From an uncultured cyanobacterium (GTDB taxonomy: Bacteria; Cyanobacteriota; Cyanobacteriia; CAKZMO01): a DNA stretch of 64,000 nt. The position numbers and the translations under genes are program-made. Numbering within the stretch: the stretch's first letter is position 1; every line of letters begins with the position of its first letter. The stretch lies in the NCBI GenBank assembly GCA_963719515.1, contig CAVRCJ010000008.1, forward strand, positions 90,911-154,910, read 5' to 3'. A model generated the notes under the pieces. The model was not told the DNA's origin and made no database searches. It worked only from the letters and a program-made list of their open reading frames with translations. This document shows positions 9,171 to 18,385 of this stretch, piece after piece.

Positions 9171-12100
9171 ATGGCGATGACCCGTGATGAGCTGCTGGCG
9201 CTGATTGACCGTGCGGAGCGGGAGGACTGGGAGGAGCTGGATTTAGCGGGGAATGGCTTGGAGGAGCTGCCGCCGGAGATTGGACGGTTGACGGGGTTGA
9301 AGCGGCTGATTTTGGGTAGGTGGGATGAAGAGAGATTTGAGACTCTCGGCAACCAGCTGAGCAGCCTGCCGCCTGAAATTGGCCAGCTCACCACCCTGCA
9401 ATCGCTTGACCTCCGCGGTAACCAGCTGAGCAGCCTGCCGCCTCAAATTGCCCAGCTCACCACCCTACAATCGCTTAACCTCTTCAATAACCAGCTGAGC
9501 AGCCTGCCGCCTGAAATTGGCCAGCTCACCACCCTGCAATCGCTTAACCTCAGCGGTAACCAGCTGAGCAGCCTGCCGCCTGAAATTGTCCAGCTCACCA
9601 CCCTGCAATCGCTTGACCTCAGCGGTAACCAGCTGAGCAGCCTGCCGCCTCAAATTGTCCAGCTCACCACCCTGCAATCGCTTGACCTCCGCTTCAACCA
9701 GCTGAGCAGCCTGCCGCCTGAAATTGTCCAGCTCACCACCCTGCAATCGCTTGACCTCCGCTACAACCAGCTGAGCAGCCTGCCGCCTGAAATTGTCCAG
9801 CTCACCACCCTGCAATCGCTTTACCTCCGCTTCAACCAGCTGAGCAGCCTGCCGCCTGAAATTGTCCAGCTCACCACCCTGCAATCGCTTTACCTCGGCT
9901 ACAACCAGCTGAGCAGCCTGCCGCCTGAAATTGTCCAGCTCACCACCCTGCAATCGCTTTACCTCAGCTCCAACCAGCTGAGCAGCCTGCCGCCTGAAAT
10001 TGTCCAGCTCACCACCCTACAATCGCTCGACCTCAGCGGCAACCAGCTGAGCAGCCTGCCGCCTGAAATTGTCCAGCTCACCACCCTACAATCGCTCGAC
10101 CTCCGCGGTAACCAGCTGAGCAGCCTGCCGCCTGAAATTGTCCAGCTCACCACCCTGCAATCGCTTGACCTCAGCTACAACCAGCTGAGCAGCCTGCCGC
10201 CTGAAATTGGCCTGCTCACCAGCCTGGAAAAGCTTGACCTTCGGGGCAACCCGGTTCCCATTCCCCTCGAGATTCTTGGACCCAAAGAATCCTACGAAGA
10301 TCCAGGAAGCTCAAAAGAAATCCTAGATTTCTACTTCCAAGCTCAAGACCCCAACCAGCAAGAATACCTCTACGAAGCCAAACTGCTCATCGTCGGCGAA
10401 GGCGGCGCAGGCAAAACCTCCCTCGCTAAAAAGGTCGAAAATGAAGCCTACGACCTTAACCCCGACGAAAAAACCACCGAAGGCATCGACGTCATCCGCT
10501 GGGACTTTCCCCTCCCAGACGAGCGCACCTTCCGCGTCAACGTCTGGGACTTTGGCGGTCAAGAAATCTACCACCAAACCCACCAGTTCTTCCTCACCGA
10601 GCGATCCCTCTACGCCCTCGTGGTCGACGAGCGCCGCGAAAGCGCTAACTTTTACTACTGGCTAGAAGTGGTGAAGCTGCTTAGCGGCAACAGCCCCGTC
10701 CTGCTCATCAAAAACGAAAAGCAAGACCGCCAGTGCCAGGTAAACGATCGCCAGCTGCAGCGCGACTTCCCCAGCATCCAGAAAATTCTGCCCGCCAACC
10801 TCAAGACCAATCGTGGTCTGGCCAACATCAAAGCCGCCGTCCAGCAGCACATTTCTAAGCTGGACCACGTCGGCAACCCCCTGCCCAAATACTGGGTGCG
10901 CATTCGCTCCGCGCTCGAAAACTACGCCCAGCATTGCAACCACATCTCTCTCGAAAAATACTTTGACCTGTGCCAGCAGTTCGGCTTCACCGACAAAACC
11001 AATATGCTGCGGGCCAGCAAATATCTGCACGACCTGGGCATCTGCCTCCACTTTCAAAAAGACGACCTGCTGAAGAAGACCGTCATTCTCAAGCCCGACT
11101 GGGCCACCACAGCAGTATATAAGGTGTGCGATACCGACAAAGTAAAAGAGAACCAGGGCCGCTTCACCCGTGACGACCTAAAAGAGATCTGGCAGGACTC
11201 TCAGTACCGCGAGATGCAAGGCGAGCTGCTGCAGCTCATGAAGCAGTTCAAGCTCTGCTACGAAATTCCCGGCCTCAACAACACCTTCATTGCCCCTCAC
11301 CTGCTGCCGCTGGACCAACCAGAATACGACTGGGACGCCGCCGACAATCTGATCATCCGCTACGAATACGAGTTCATGCCCAAGGGAATGCTGACTCAGT
11401 TCATCGTCGAGATGCACAGGCTGATTGAGCGGCAGGTGCTGGTGTGGAAGACCGGCGTGGTTGTCACCGACGGGCAAGGCCCGAGTAGAGGTGACATGAA
11501 GTCCTACCGGCCCCACAAGGGCGAGATTAAGGTGACGGCCTCCGGCACCAATAAAAAGCTGCTGCTAGAGCGGGTACGCCACGAGCTGTGGAAAATCCAC
11601 GAGTCCTACGACGACTTACCCTACAAAGAGCTGATCCCCTGCAACTGCTCTCAGTGCAAAAGCGATCGCAAACCCGAATCCTATCCTTACGACCTGCTGC
11701 AAAAGTACCTCAACGATCGCAGATACAGCATCGAGTGCCGTCGCAGCTACGAAGATGTAGACGTGCGTAAGCTCATGGCCGACGTTGTGCAGAGCTACGC
11801 CGCTGCTGAGGACTCCTACAAAGTTCAGCGTTCTGAGTTTGACCGCTTTAATAGCGATCGCGCCCACAGCGGACAAACGACTCCTATCAATCACGTTGAG
11901 ACGTACTCCAACAAAGAAATCTTCATCTCCTACGCCTGGGGCGGCGACAGCGAAGCTATGGCCGACAAGATCGAAGCAGTCTGCCAACAGCGCAAAATTC
12001 CTCTCATTCGAGACAAACGTGACCTTGGTTTCAAAGGACTAATCAAAGACTTCATGCGCCGCATCGGTCGCGGTAAGGCCGTAATCGTCATCATCAGCGA

Positions 12101-12461
12101 AAAGTACTTGAAATCGGAAAACTGCATGTTTGAGCTGCTAGAACTCTTGAAAAACGGAAGCTTCCTCGATAGGATTTTCCCCATTGTTCTCAGCGATGCC
12201 AAAATCTACAAAGCTCGTCCACGGCTTCAATACGTCAAGCATTGGGAAGCAGAGATTAAAGCATTAGACGAAGATCTAAAAACTGTCGATGCCGCCAACC
12301 TTCAGGGGTTCCGAGAAGACATCGACCTCTACACCGAAATTCGAGGGGCGATCGCCGAACTCACCAACACCCTCAAAGACATGAACACCCTCACCGCCGA
12401 GATTCACCAAGATTCAGACTTTGAAGCATTGATCGAGGCAATAGAGAAACAGCTAGAGTAA
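9171..12461 (+). CDS. LRR-Roc-COR-TIR (Roco family) protein
   Basis: N-terminal cap and 23-aa LRRs; Roc G-motifs GEGGAGKTS and WDFGGQ; COR region; C-terminal TIR (EIFISYAW...SENCMFEL). Confidence 0.92.
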   Translation: MAMTRDELLALIDRAEREDWEELDLAGNGLEELPPEIGRLTGLKRLILGRWDEERFETLGNQLSSLPPEIGQLTTLQSLDLRGNQLSSLPPQIAQLTTLQSLNLFNNQLSSLPPEIGQLTTLQSLNLSGNQLSSLPPEIVQLTTLQSLDLSGNQLSSLPPQIVQLTTLQSLDLRFNQLSSLPPEIVQLTTLQSLDLRYNQLSSLPPEIVQLTTLQSLYLRFNQLSSLPPEIVQLTTLQSLYLGYNQLSSLPPEIVQLTTLQSLYLSSNQLSSLPPEIVQLTTLQSLDLSGNQLSSLPPEIVQLTTLQSLDLRGNQLSSLPPEIVQLTTLQSLDLSYNQLSSLPPEIGLLTSLEKLDLRGNPVPIPLEILGPKESYEDPGSSKEILDFYFQAQDPNQQEYLYEAKLLIVGEGGAGKTSLAKKVENEAYDLNPDEKTTEGIDVIRWDFPLPDERTFRVNVWDFGGQEIYHQTHQFFLTERSLYALVVDERRESANFYYWLEVVKLLSGNSPVLLIKNEKQDRQCQVNDRQLQRDFPSIQKILPANLKTNRGLANIKAAVQQHISKLDHVGNPLPKYWVRIRSALENYAQHCNHISLEKYFDLCQQFGFTDKTNMLRASKYLHDLGICLHFQKDDLLKKTVILKPDWATTAVYKVCDTDKVKENQGRFTRDDLKEIWQDSQYREMQGELLQLMKQFKLCYEIPGLNNTFIAPHLLPLDQPEYDWDAADNLIIRYEYEFMPKGMLTQFIVEMHRLIERQVLVWKTGVVVTDGQGPSRGDMKSYRPHKGEIKVTASGTNKKLLLERVRHELWKIHESYDDLPYKELIPCNCSQCKSDRKPESYPYDLLQKYLNDRRYSIECRRSYEDVDVRKLMADVVQSYAAAEDSYKVQRSEFDRFNSDRAHSGQTTPINHVETYSNKEIFISYAWGGDSEAMADKIEAVCQQRKIPLIRDKRDLGFKGLIKDFMRRIGRGKAVIVIISEKYLKSENCMFELLELLKNGSFLDRIFPIVLSDAKIYKARPRLQYVKHWEAEIKALDEDLKTVDAANLQGFREDIDLYTEIRGAIAELTNTLKDMNTLTAEIHQDSDFEALIEAIEKQLE
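9351..10210 (+). repeat. 69-bp coding tandem repeat, 12 full units plus one partial (LRR)
   Basis: AACCAGCTGAGCAGCCTGCCGCCT recurs at 9351, 9420, 9489 ... 10179. Confidence 0.95.
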
Positions 12462-12544
12462 ACCCCAGCCTCACCCAGCTTGCGATCGCCACCACAGACG
12501 ATCGCCACCACAAAGCCCATCCAAGCCAAAGAAAAAATTTGCCC

Positions 12545-12573
12545 TTGCCCCCAGCGCCCCAAGACGCTACACT
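12545..12573 (+). promoter_or_regulatory. Putative sigma70 promoter, cassette copy 1
   Basis: TTGCCC-N17-TACACT; the homologous copy reads TTGCCT-N17-TACATT at 39682-39654. Confidence 0.6.
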
Positions 12574-12578
12574 CATCT

Positions 12579-12802
12579 GCTAGAAGCTGTGACCCAATGC
12601 AGCTTGACGACAACCCCAAAAATTTGGTCAAACGGCCACGATCGTCGATGTCAGCGGCGATCGCGGCCTGACCCTTGGACAGACATAGGCTGTCTTCGAG
12701 CTGCAACCATTGTATTTCAATGGTTGCAGCCATCCCAGACGCCCAAAACCAGGGATCGACCTGATTTTTGGGTTTTCTTACCTACTTAAACGGAGAAAAC
12801 CC
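12579..12802 (+). ncRNA. Structured RNA leader, copy 1 (multi-hairpin, RBS-occluding)
   Basis: Six stem-loops; stems are conserved and loops diverged relative to copy 2 at 39421-39650. Confidence 0.6.
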
Positions 12803-13177
12803 ATGACATTTTTATACCCCGAGCGGCCTCAACCCGAGGCCGCACCCGACGCGCTGGCCGCAGAATCAGCGCCCGCTCTGTACGGGCAGGTTTCGCGAGA
12901 ACACCCACAGTCGCCGCCGAAACCGCTCGACCAAACCTACCCCAACACCATCCCCGACCCTGGCCCCAGCGGCGAAGTGGTCCACCACATCATCATCGGC
13001 TCCCCCGAAGCCGTCCGCGAGACCATCCACCGGCTGCACCTGAAGCGCTATGTCGAGCAGGCCATGTGGACCGGCCCCATCGAGATTGGCCCCGACGGCA
13101 TCAACATCACCCAAAGCCAGGGACAGATCCTGTTCTACTTGATGCGGCTGCGTTCGCTCGACGTACCCGCCGGGTAA
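12803..13177 (+). CDS. Small unknown cyanobacterial protein, copy 1 (HIIIGSPEAVRETIH.LH...Y.E...W.GP)
   Basis: RBS GGAG before ATG 12803; clear paralog at 39109-39420. Confidence 0.82.
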   Translation: MTFLYPERPQPEAAPDALAAESAPALYGQVSREHPQSPPKPLDQTYPNTIPDPGPSGEVVHHIIIGSPEAVRETIHRLHLKRYVEQAMWTGPIEIGPDGINITQSQGQILFYLMRLRSLDVPAG

Positions 13178-13196
13178 CCGCTCGACATGGGCTAAT

Positions 13197-13245
13197 TCCT
13201 TCTAAATCCCCCTTGGCCCTCGGCGTGAGGGGGATTTAGAAGGGA
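13197..13245 (+). terminator. Long hairpin after cassette copy 1
   Basis: TCCTTCTAAATCCCCCT ... AGGGGGATTTAGAAGGGA, ~17-bp stem. There is no strong U-tract, so it may be a REP-like element instead. Confidence 0.55.
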
Positions 13246-13360
13246 CTGATCGTAACCCTAGGCGACAAAGGGGCCTTCACGGTGCGATCGCTTTTCACTG
13301 CCGCAGTATGCGGTGCGTCTGCCCGACGGCAACACCCCCCTACCTGGCTTTCGCATCGCC

Positions 13361-13714
13361 TCAGCGCCCTCCGTCTAGCTCAATCCCCTTTTGCTGCAAA
13401 CACTCGCGATAGGCAATCTCAGCCTCACTCAGCTTGCGATCGCTGTAGGTGCCTTTGAAGTTCAGCAGCACCCGCTCCAAAAAGTCATTCCCCGACTCCT
13501 TCAGCGCTCGGGAAAAATTGGACTCGCTCAGCTGCTTAGGCAGACAGGCGGCCATTGCCGTCAGGTCGGTGCCATCGGCAGCCACGAAGCGCTTTGAAGC
13601 CGGGGCATCATCGGCGTAGGCGGGCTGAACTAGGCAGCTGACAGCAGCCACCATCAAAAGCGTGACGACAAGCCGCCGGGTCAGCGCACGAAGCGCTTTC
13701 AGCATTTTGGACAT
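13361..13714 (-). CDS. Secreted hypothetical protein
   Basis: Signal peptide ending QPAYA; two Cys (CLPKQLS, YRECL). Confidence 0.7.
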   Translation of the reverse strand: MSKMLKALRALTRRLVVTLLMVAAVSCLVQPAYADDAPASKRFVAADGTDLTAMAACLPKQLSESNFSRALKESGNDFLERVLLNFKGTYSDRKLSEAEIAYRECLQQKGIELDGGR

Positions 13715-13901
13715 GGAAATACCGGGTAAAAACTACGCAGACGGGCCTATTCTAGTTCAAACCGCACTGCGTCGGCCCTATCGCTGAAGGCCAATGCTGG
13801 CGGCAAAAGCACGACGTCACCCAAGCGACAAGGCCCGATTGCACCCAGAGAAACCGCGCCAAAAGAGATAATGTATCGATTGACGGCTAGACGATAGAAC
13901 C

Positions 13902-15758
13902 ATGGCTGCAGCGCCTCCCAACTCCGACCCCGACCTCTCCCCCACCAAACGCGCCCTGATCGCCCTCAAGCAGCTCCAGGCCAAGCTCGACACCCTCGAA
14001 GCCGCCCAGCACGAGCCGATCGCCATCGTGGGCATGAGCTGCCGCTTTCCGGGCGGCGTCGAAACCCCAGACGCCTTTTGGACCCTGCTAGAGCAGCAAA
14101 CCGACGCCATCACCGAAGTTCCAGGCGATCGCTGGCCCATCGAAGACTACTACAGCCCCGACCGCGACGCCCCCGGCAAAATGGTCTCCCGCCACGGCGG
14201 CTTCGTGCCCCACCTCTACGACTTCGACGCCCCCTTCTTCCGCATCGCCCCCCGAGAAGCGATCGCCCTCGACCCGCAGCAGCGGCTGTGGCTAGAGCTG
14301 GGGTGGGAAGCGCTAGAGCATGCGGGCATTGCCCCCGACAGCGTAGCGGGCCAGCCCGTCGGCGTATTCCTCGGCATCAGCAGCGTAGACTACTGGCAGC
14401 GACTGTTGGCCCAGCACCCCGAGGCCATCAACGCCTACCTGGCCACAGGAAACACCCACAGCGTCGCCGCCGGACGGCTGTCTTTTCTCCTTGACGTCAC
14501 TGGCCCTAGCCTCGCGGTAGATACCGCCTGCGCCTCATCCCTAGTCGCTGTACATCTGGCCTGCCAAAGCCTGCGTCAGCAAGAGTGCACCCTGGCGATC
14601 GCAGGCGGCGTCAACCGCATCATTACCCCAGAGGCCAGCATCAACTTTTCTAAGGCACGGATGCTCTCGGCGGACGGGCGCTGCCGCACCTTTGACCAAA
14701 CCGCCAGCGGATTTGGCCGGGCAGAGGGGGGCGGTGCGGTGGTGCTCAAGCGGCTCAGCGATGCCGAGGCGGCGGGCGATCGCATTGAGGCGGTGATTCT
14801 CGGCTCGGCGGTAAACCACGACGGGCGCACCAGTGGACTGACGGTCCCCAATGGGCCCGCTCAGCAGGCGGTAATTCGTCAAGCGCTGCAGGCCAGCCGC
14901 ATCGAGCCGGATGCGGTGGGCTACATAGAGACCCACGGGACGGGGACGGCCCTAGGCGACCCGATTGAAGTGGGGGCACTGGGAGCGGTTTTTGGAGCGC
15001 GATCGCCCGAGCACCCGCTTATTCTCGGGGCCGTCAAGACCAACGTCGGCCATCTAGAATCTGCTGCGGGCATGGCGGGCCTCATCAAAGCGGTGCTAAC
15101 CACCCAGCAAGACAGAATCCCCGCCAACCTACACCTGTCCGCCCCCAACGCCCATGTCGACTGGGCTACGTTCCCCTTCAAACTGCCCGCAGCCCCCACT
15201 CCTTGGCCATCGGGCCGCACCGCTGGGGTCAGCGCCTTTGGCTTTAGCGGCACCAACGCCCACATTGTTCTCACGTCGCCCGATCTGGCAGAGGGTCCAG
15301 CCGCCGCGCCGCCCAATCCATCGCCGCCCAACCTGTTGCCGCCCGACCTATCGCCGCCCAAACTCCTGCCGCTCTCCGCCCGCACCCCCGCAGCTCTTAA
15401 ACAGCTCGTGGCAAGGTACGCCCAGCATCTGACAGCCCACCCCGAGCTAAACCTGGCCGATCTCTGCTTCACCGCCAGCGTAGGGCGATCGCACTTCCCC
15501 TGCCGTTTGGCGATCGTGACCTCGACGCAGGCCGAACTCCGCCGCGCCCTCATCGACGTCCTAGCGGAGCGGCCCAACGCGACCTGCTGGACCTCCGACA
15601 GCGCTTCCCCAGAACCCGGCTCAGATCTAGAGCGGCTGGCACAGAGCTATACCCAAGGGGAGGCGATCGTCTGGGGAGAGAGATACGGTGCGGCGCACCG
15701 GAAGGTTGTCCTCCCCACTTACCCCTTTCAGCGGCAGCGGCACGAAGTAACGGGATAA
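13902..15758 (+). CDS. Type I PKS protein: docking domain + KS + linker, no AT or ACP
   Basis: [15 protein letters not shown] docking helix; KS triad DTACASS / HGTGT / VGHLE; ends [10 protein letters not shown] with no GHSxG. Confidence 0.9.
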   Translation: MAAAPPNSDPDLSPTKRALIALKQLQAKLDTLEAAQHEPIAIVGMSCRFPGGVETPDAFWTLLEQQTDAITEVPGDRWPIEDYYSPDRDAPGKMVSRHGGFVPHLYDFDAPFFRIAPREAIALDPQQRLWLELGWEALEHAGIAPDSVAGQPVGVFLGISSVDYWQRLLAQHPEAINAYLATGNTHSVAAGRLSFLLDVTGPSLAVDTACASSLVAVHLACQSLRQQECTLAIAGGVNRIITPEASINFSKARMLSADGRCRTFDQTASGFGRAEGGGAVVLKRLSDAEAAGDRIEAVILGSAVNHDGRTSGLTVPNGPAQQAVIRQALQASRIEPDAVGYIETHGTGTALGDPIEVGALGAVFGARSPEHPLILGAVKTNVGHLESAAGMAGLIKAVLTTQQDRIPANLHLSAPNAHVDWATFPFKLPAAPTPWPSGRTAGVSAFGFSGTNAHIVLTSPDLAEGPAAAPPNPSPPNLLPPDLSPPKLLPLSARTPAALKQLVARYAQHLTAHPELNLADLCFTASVGRSHFPCRLAIVTSTQAELRRALIDVLAERPNATCWTSDSASPEPGSDLERLAQSYTQGEAIVWGERYGAAHRKVVLPTYPFQRQRHEVTG

Positions 15759-15792
15759 AATTGGACGTGAATTCAAACGGACCTCAACCGCC

Positions 15793-16656
15793 TTGAACCA
15801 AAAGCCATCAGGTCAAAACTCAGAGCATGATACGAGGGCTGTACAGACCCGCCCCCACGCCATCATCACCGGTGGCTCCAGCGGCATTGGCCGCGCGATC
15901 GCCCTACGCCTAGCCCGCCAGGGCGCAAATATCTCCATCCTCGCTCGCCGCCCCGACCAGCTAGACACAGCCCAAAAGGACATCCAGCAGGCGGGCAGCG
16001 CGGCGCAGCAGGTGCTGGCGCTGTCCGCAGACGTCAGCGATCGCCCCCAGGCGGAAAAGGCCATCCAGCAGGCGATCGCCCAGCTCGGCCCACCCCAATG
16101 GCTGATCACCTGCGCCGGTATCGCCCGCCCCGGCCACTTCCAGGAGATTCCCATTGAAGTATTTGAGCAGACGATGGCCATCAACTACTTCGGCACTCTG
16201 TACTGCATCCGCGCCGCGCTGCCCGCCATGGCGCAGGGACATATTGCCCTAGTGTCGTCAGGGGCCGGGCTAGTGGGTCTGTATGGCTACAGCGCCTACT
16301 GCCCCAGCAAATTTGCCCTCCGGGGTCTGGCCGAAGGGCTGCGGGCGGAGCTAAAGCCCATGGGCATCAAGGTGGCGATCGCCTATCCCCCGGATACCGA
16401 CACGCCCCAGCTGGCCGAAGAAAACAAGACCAAACCCCCCGCCACCAAGGCCATCACCGCCACAGCAGACGTCTGGTCCGCCGACGGGGTAGCCCGCGTC
16501 ATTTTAGAAGGCATGGATCGCGGTAGATTCGCCATCACTCCGGGCGTCGAGATGGGCGTGCTCAACCAGCTGCACAGCCTCATTGCCCCGCTGCTCAACC
16601 GCTACTTCGATCGCATCGTCGCCCGCCACCCCGGCCCAACTAAGGTCAGCGGGTAG
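15793..16656 (+). CDS. SDR, 3-ketodihydrosphingosine reductase (KDSR/TSC10)-like
   Basis: TGGSSGIG, YSAYCPSKFALRGLAE, AYPPDTDTPQLAEENKTKP; the last matches my recollection of the KDSR signature. Confidence 0.8.
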   Translation: MNQKPSGQNSEHDTRAVQTRPHAIITGGSSGIGRAIALRLARQGANISILARRPDQLDTAQKDIQQAGSAAQQVLALSADVSDRPQAEKAIQQAIAQLGPPQWLITCAGIARPGHFQEIPIEVFEQTMAINYFGTLYCIRAALPAMAQGHIALVSSGAGLVGLYGYSAYCPSKFALRGLAEGLRAELKPMGIKVAIAYPPDTDTPQLAEENKTKPPATKAITATADVWSADGVARVILEGMDRGRFAITPGVEMGVLNQLHSLIAPLLNRYFDRIVARHPGPTKVSG

Positions 16657-16660
16657 GGAC

Positions 16661-18385
16661 GTGGCGCTGCCCCCCGACAAAATATCTACCCCGCCCCGCC
16701 CGGCACGCCATTGGCCTTATCTAGCGCTTAGCCTAGCGGCCCCGCTGTACTACGGCGCGGTCACCCTGCATCACGTATTCAGCCACGAGTTCATCGTCCA
16801 AGACGACATGCGGCAGCACGTGGTGTGGTTTCAGCAGTTCCTCGACCCGGCGCTGTTTAACGGAGACGCGATCGCCCAATATTTTCGCAGCGTTGCGCCG
16901 CCCGGCGTCACTGCGGTCTACTGGCTGGGGGTGCAGATGGGCATTGAACCGCTGCTGCTGGCCAAGCTGCTGCCCTTGCCCCTGGCGCTAATCGCCACCG
17001 TTTTCTTGTTTTACACCACCCTGGCGATCGCCCCTCTGCCCCGCGCCGCCTGGATAGCCACACTCATCTTTAATCAGCACCTGTGGCTCAACGACGACCT
17101 AGTGTCCGCCACGCCGCGGGCGTTCGTCTATCCTCTATTCGCGGCCTTTCTCTACTACGCCGTGCGGCCAGCCCTAATCCCCATGCTGGTGTCGTTGGCC
17201 CTGCTAGGGCTGTGCTTCCCGCAGATGATGCTGGTGGCAGTCGCGACCCTGGTGGTGGGGCTGGTGGGGCGAGGCCCTTCAACCCGATGGCGCAATTGGA
17301 TGTGCCTGACGCGGGACCGCCGCCGCTGGCTCGCGGCCATTCTAGGGCTGGGGGTGGCGATCGCCGTCGCCTTGCCCTTTGCCGCTGGCCTATCCGACTA
17401 CGGGGAGGCTGTGACGGCGGCGCAGATGCGATCGCTGCCGGAGTACAGGGCTGGGGGCCGCAACGAATACTTCGGGATGTCCCCAGCTAGTTTCCTGCTG
17501 CACGGCTCAAGCGGCGTGCGCATTCCCGTCTTTCCCTCGATTATCTGGGCGGGATTTGCGCTGCCCTTTGTCCTCCGGCGTAAGTCTTCTTCGACCCCTT
17601 TTGTCACATCCCAGAAAATCCTGCAGGATTTAATGGTAGGGTCTTTCGGCCTTTATCTTTTGGCCCACTTGCTGCTGCTGCGTCTGCATTTTCCGAGCCG
17701 CTACCTCTACCACAGCTGGCGGTTTGTGCTGCCCATTGCGGCGGGGATTGTGCTGGCGGCGCTGATGGCGCGGGGAAGGTCCCCTAAGCCCCCCCCACAG
17801 GCCATCAAGGCTAGCGCCTTCGCTAGCGCGGCCAAACCCCTCTATGCCCTAGCCGCCGTATTGCTCATCGGCGTGCCTATGCTGCCCCCGCTCATGCTGG
17901 CATTTCAGGGCTGGGTCGTAGGCGAAATCCCAGCCGTCTATCGCTATCTCGAAACCCAACCCACCAATATTCAAGTCGCGTCCCTAGCCCCGGAAGGCAA
18001 TAACCTCCCCGCCTTCGCCCACCGCAGCGCCTGGGTCGGACGAGAGTTCGCCCTGCCCCACCACCCGCAGTACTACGCCATTGTCCGGCAGCGCACCGCT
18101 GATCTGCTTCGGGCCCTCTACAGCCCCGAGCCCTCAGACCTGCTGCAGTGGCTTGACCAAACAGGGGTTAACTTTCTCCTAGTTGAAGGCGCGACCTTTG
18201 AGCCGGGCTACCTACGCCAAGACTGGCTTGCCAATAGCAGTCTACGGCCCCAGGTCAAAGACATCATGGCGCAGCGGGGCAGCCAGCCGGCAATTCTCAG
18301 TGCCCTGTCCGCCTGCAGCGTCATCACCACAGCGCGATATGACCTAGTCGACACCGCCTGCCTCCGGACCCAGCTAGCGCGGTAG
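16661..18385 (+). CDS. Polytopic membrane protein, possibly a GT-C-type transferase
   Basis: About 10 hydrophobic segments, acidic QDD and NDD loop motifs, soluble C-terminal domain; GTG start 4 bp after the SDR stop. Confidence 0.6.
   Translation: MALPPDKISTPPRPARHWPYLALSLAAPLYYGAVTLHHVFSHEFIVQDDMRQHVVWFQQFLDPALFNGDAIAQYFRSVAPPGVTAVYWLGVQMGIEPLLLAKLLPLPLALIATVFLFYTTLAIAPLPRAAWIATLIFNQHLWLNDDLVSATPRAFVYPLFAAFLYYAVRPALIPMLVSLALLGLCFPQMMLVAVATLVVGLVGRGPSTRWRNWMCLTRDRRRWLAAILGLGVAIAVALPFAAGLSDYGEAVTAAQMRSLPEYRAGGRNEYFGMSPASFLLHGSSGVRIPVFPSIIWAGFALPFVLRRKSSSTPFVTSQKILQDLMVGSFGLYLLAHLLLLRLHFPSRYLYHSWRFVLPIAAGIVLAALMARGRSPKPPPQAIKASAFASAAKPLYALAAVLLIGVPMLPPLMLAFQGWVVGEIPAVYRYLETQPTNIQVASLAPEGNNLPAFAHRSAWVGREFALPHHPQYYAIVRQRTADLLRALYSPEPSDLLQWLDQTGVNFLLVEGATFEPGYLRQDWLANSSLRPQVKDIMAQRGSQPAILSALSACSVITTARYDLVDTACLRTQLAR

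Noticed and set aside
9351..10210. DGR-style adenine mutagenesis or CRISPR array
   Set aside because: Variable codons are NNY, but neighbouring adenines (AAC, CAG, ACC) are essentially invariant, no RT or template is in the window, and the repeats are in-frame coding with no spacers.
12710..12802. N-terminal extensions of the cassette ORFs in the ORF track (also 39421-39504)
   Set aside because: The two copies use different upstream starts and differ by indels here; the conserved RBS and ATG are at MTFLYPE.
12579..12802. Retron msr-msd
   Set aside because: No reverse transcriptase adjacent to either copy and no long flanking a1/a2 inverted repeat.
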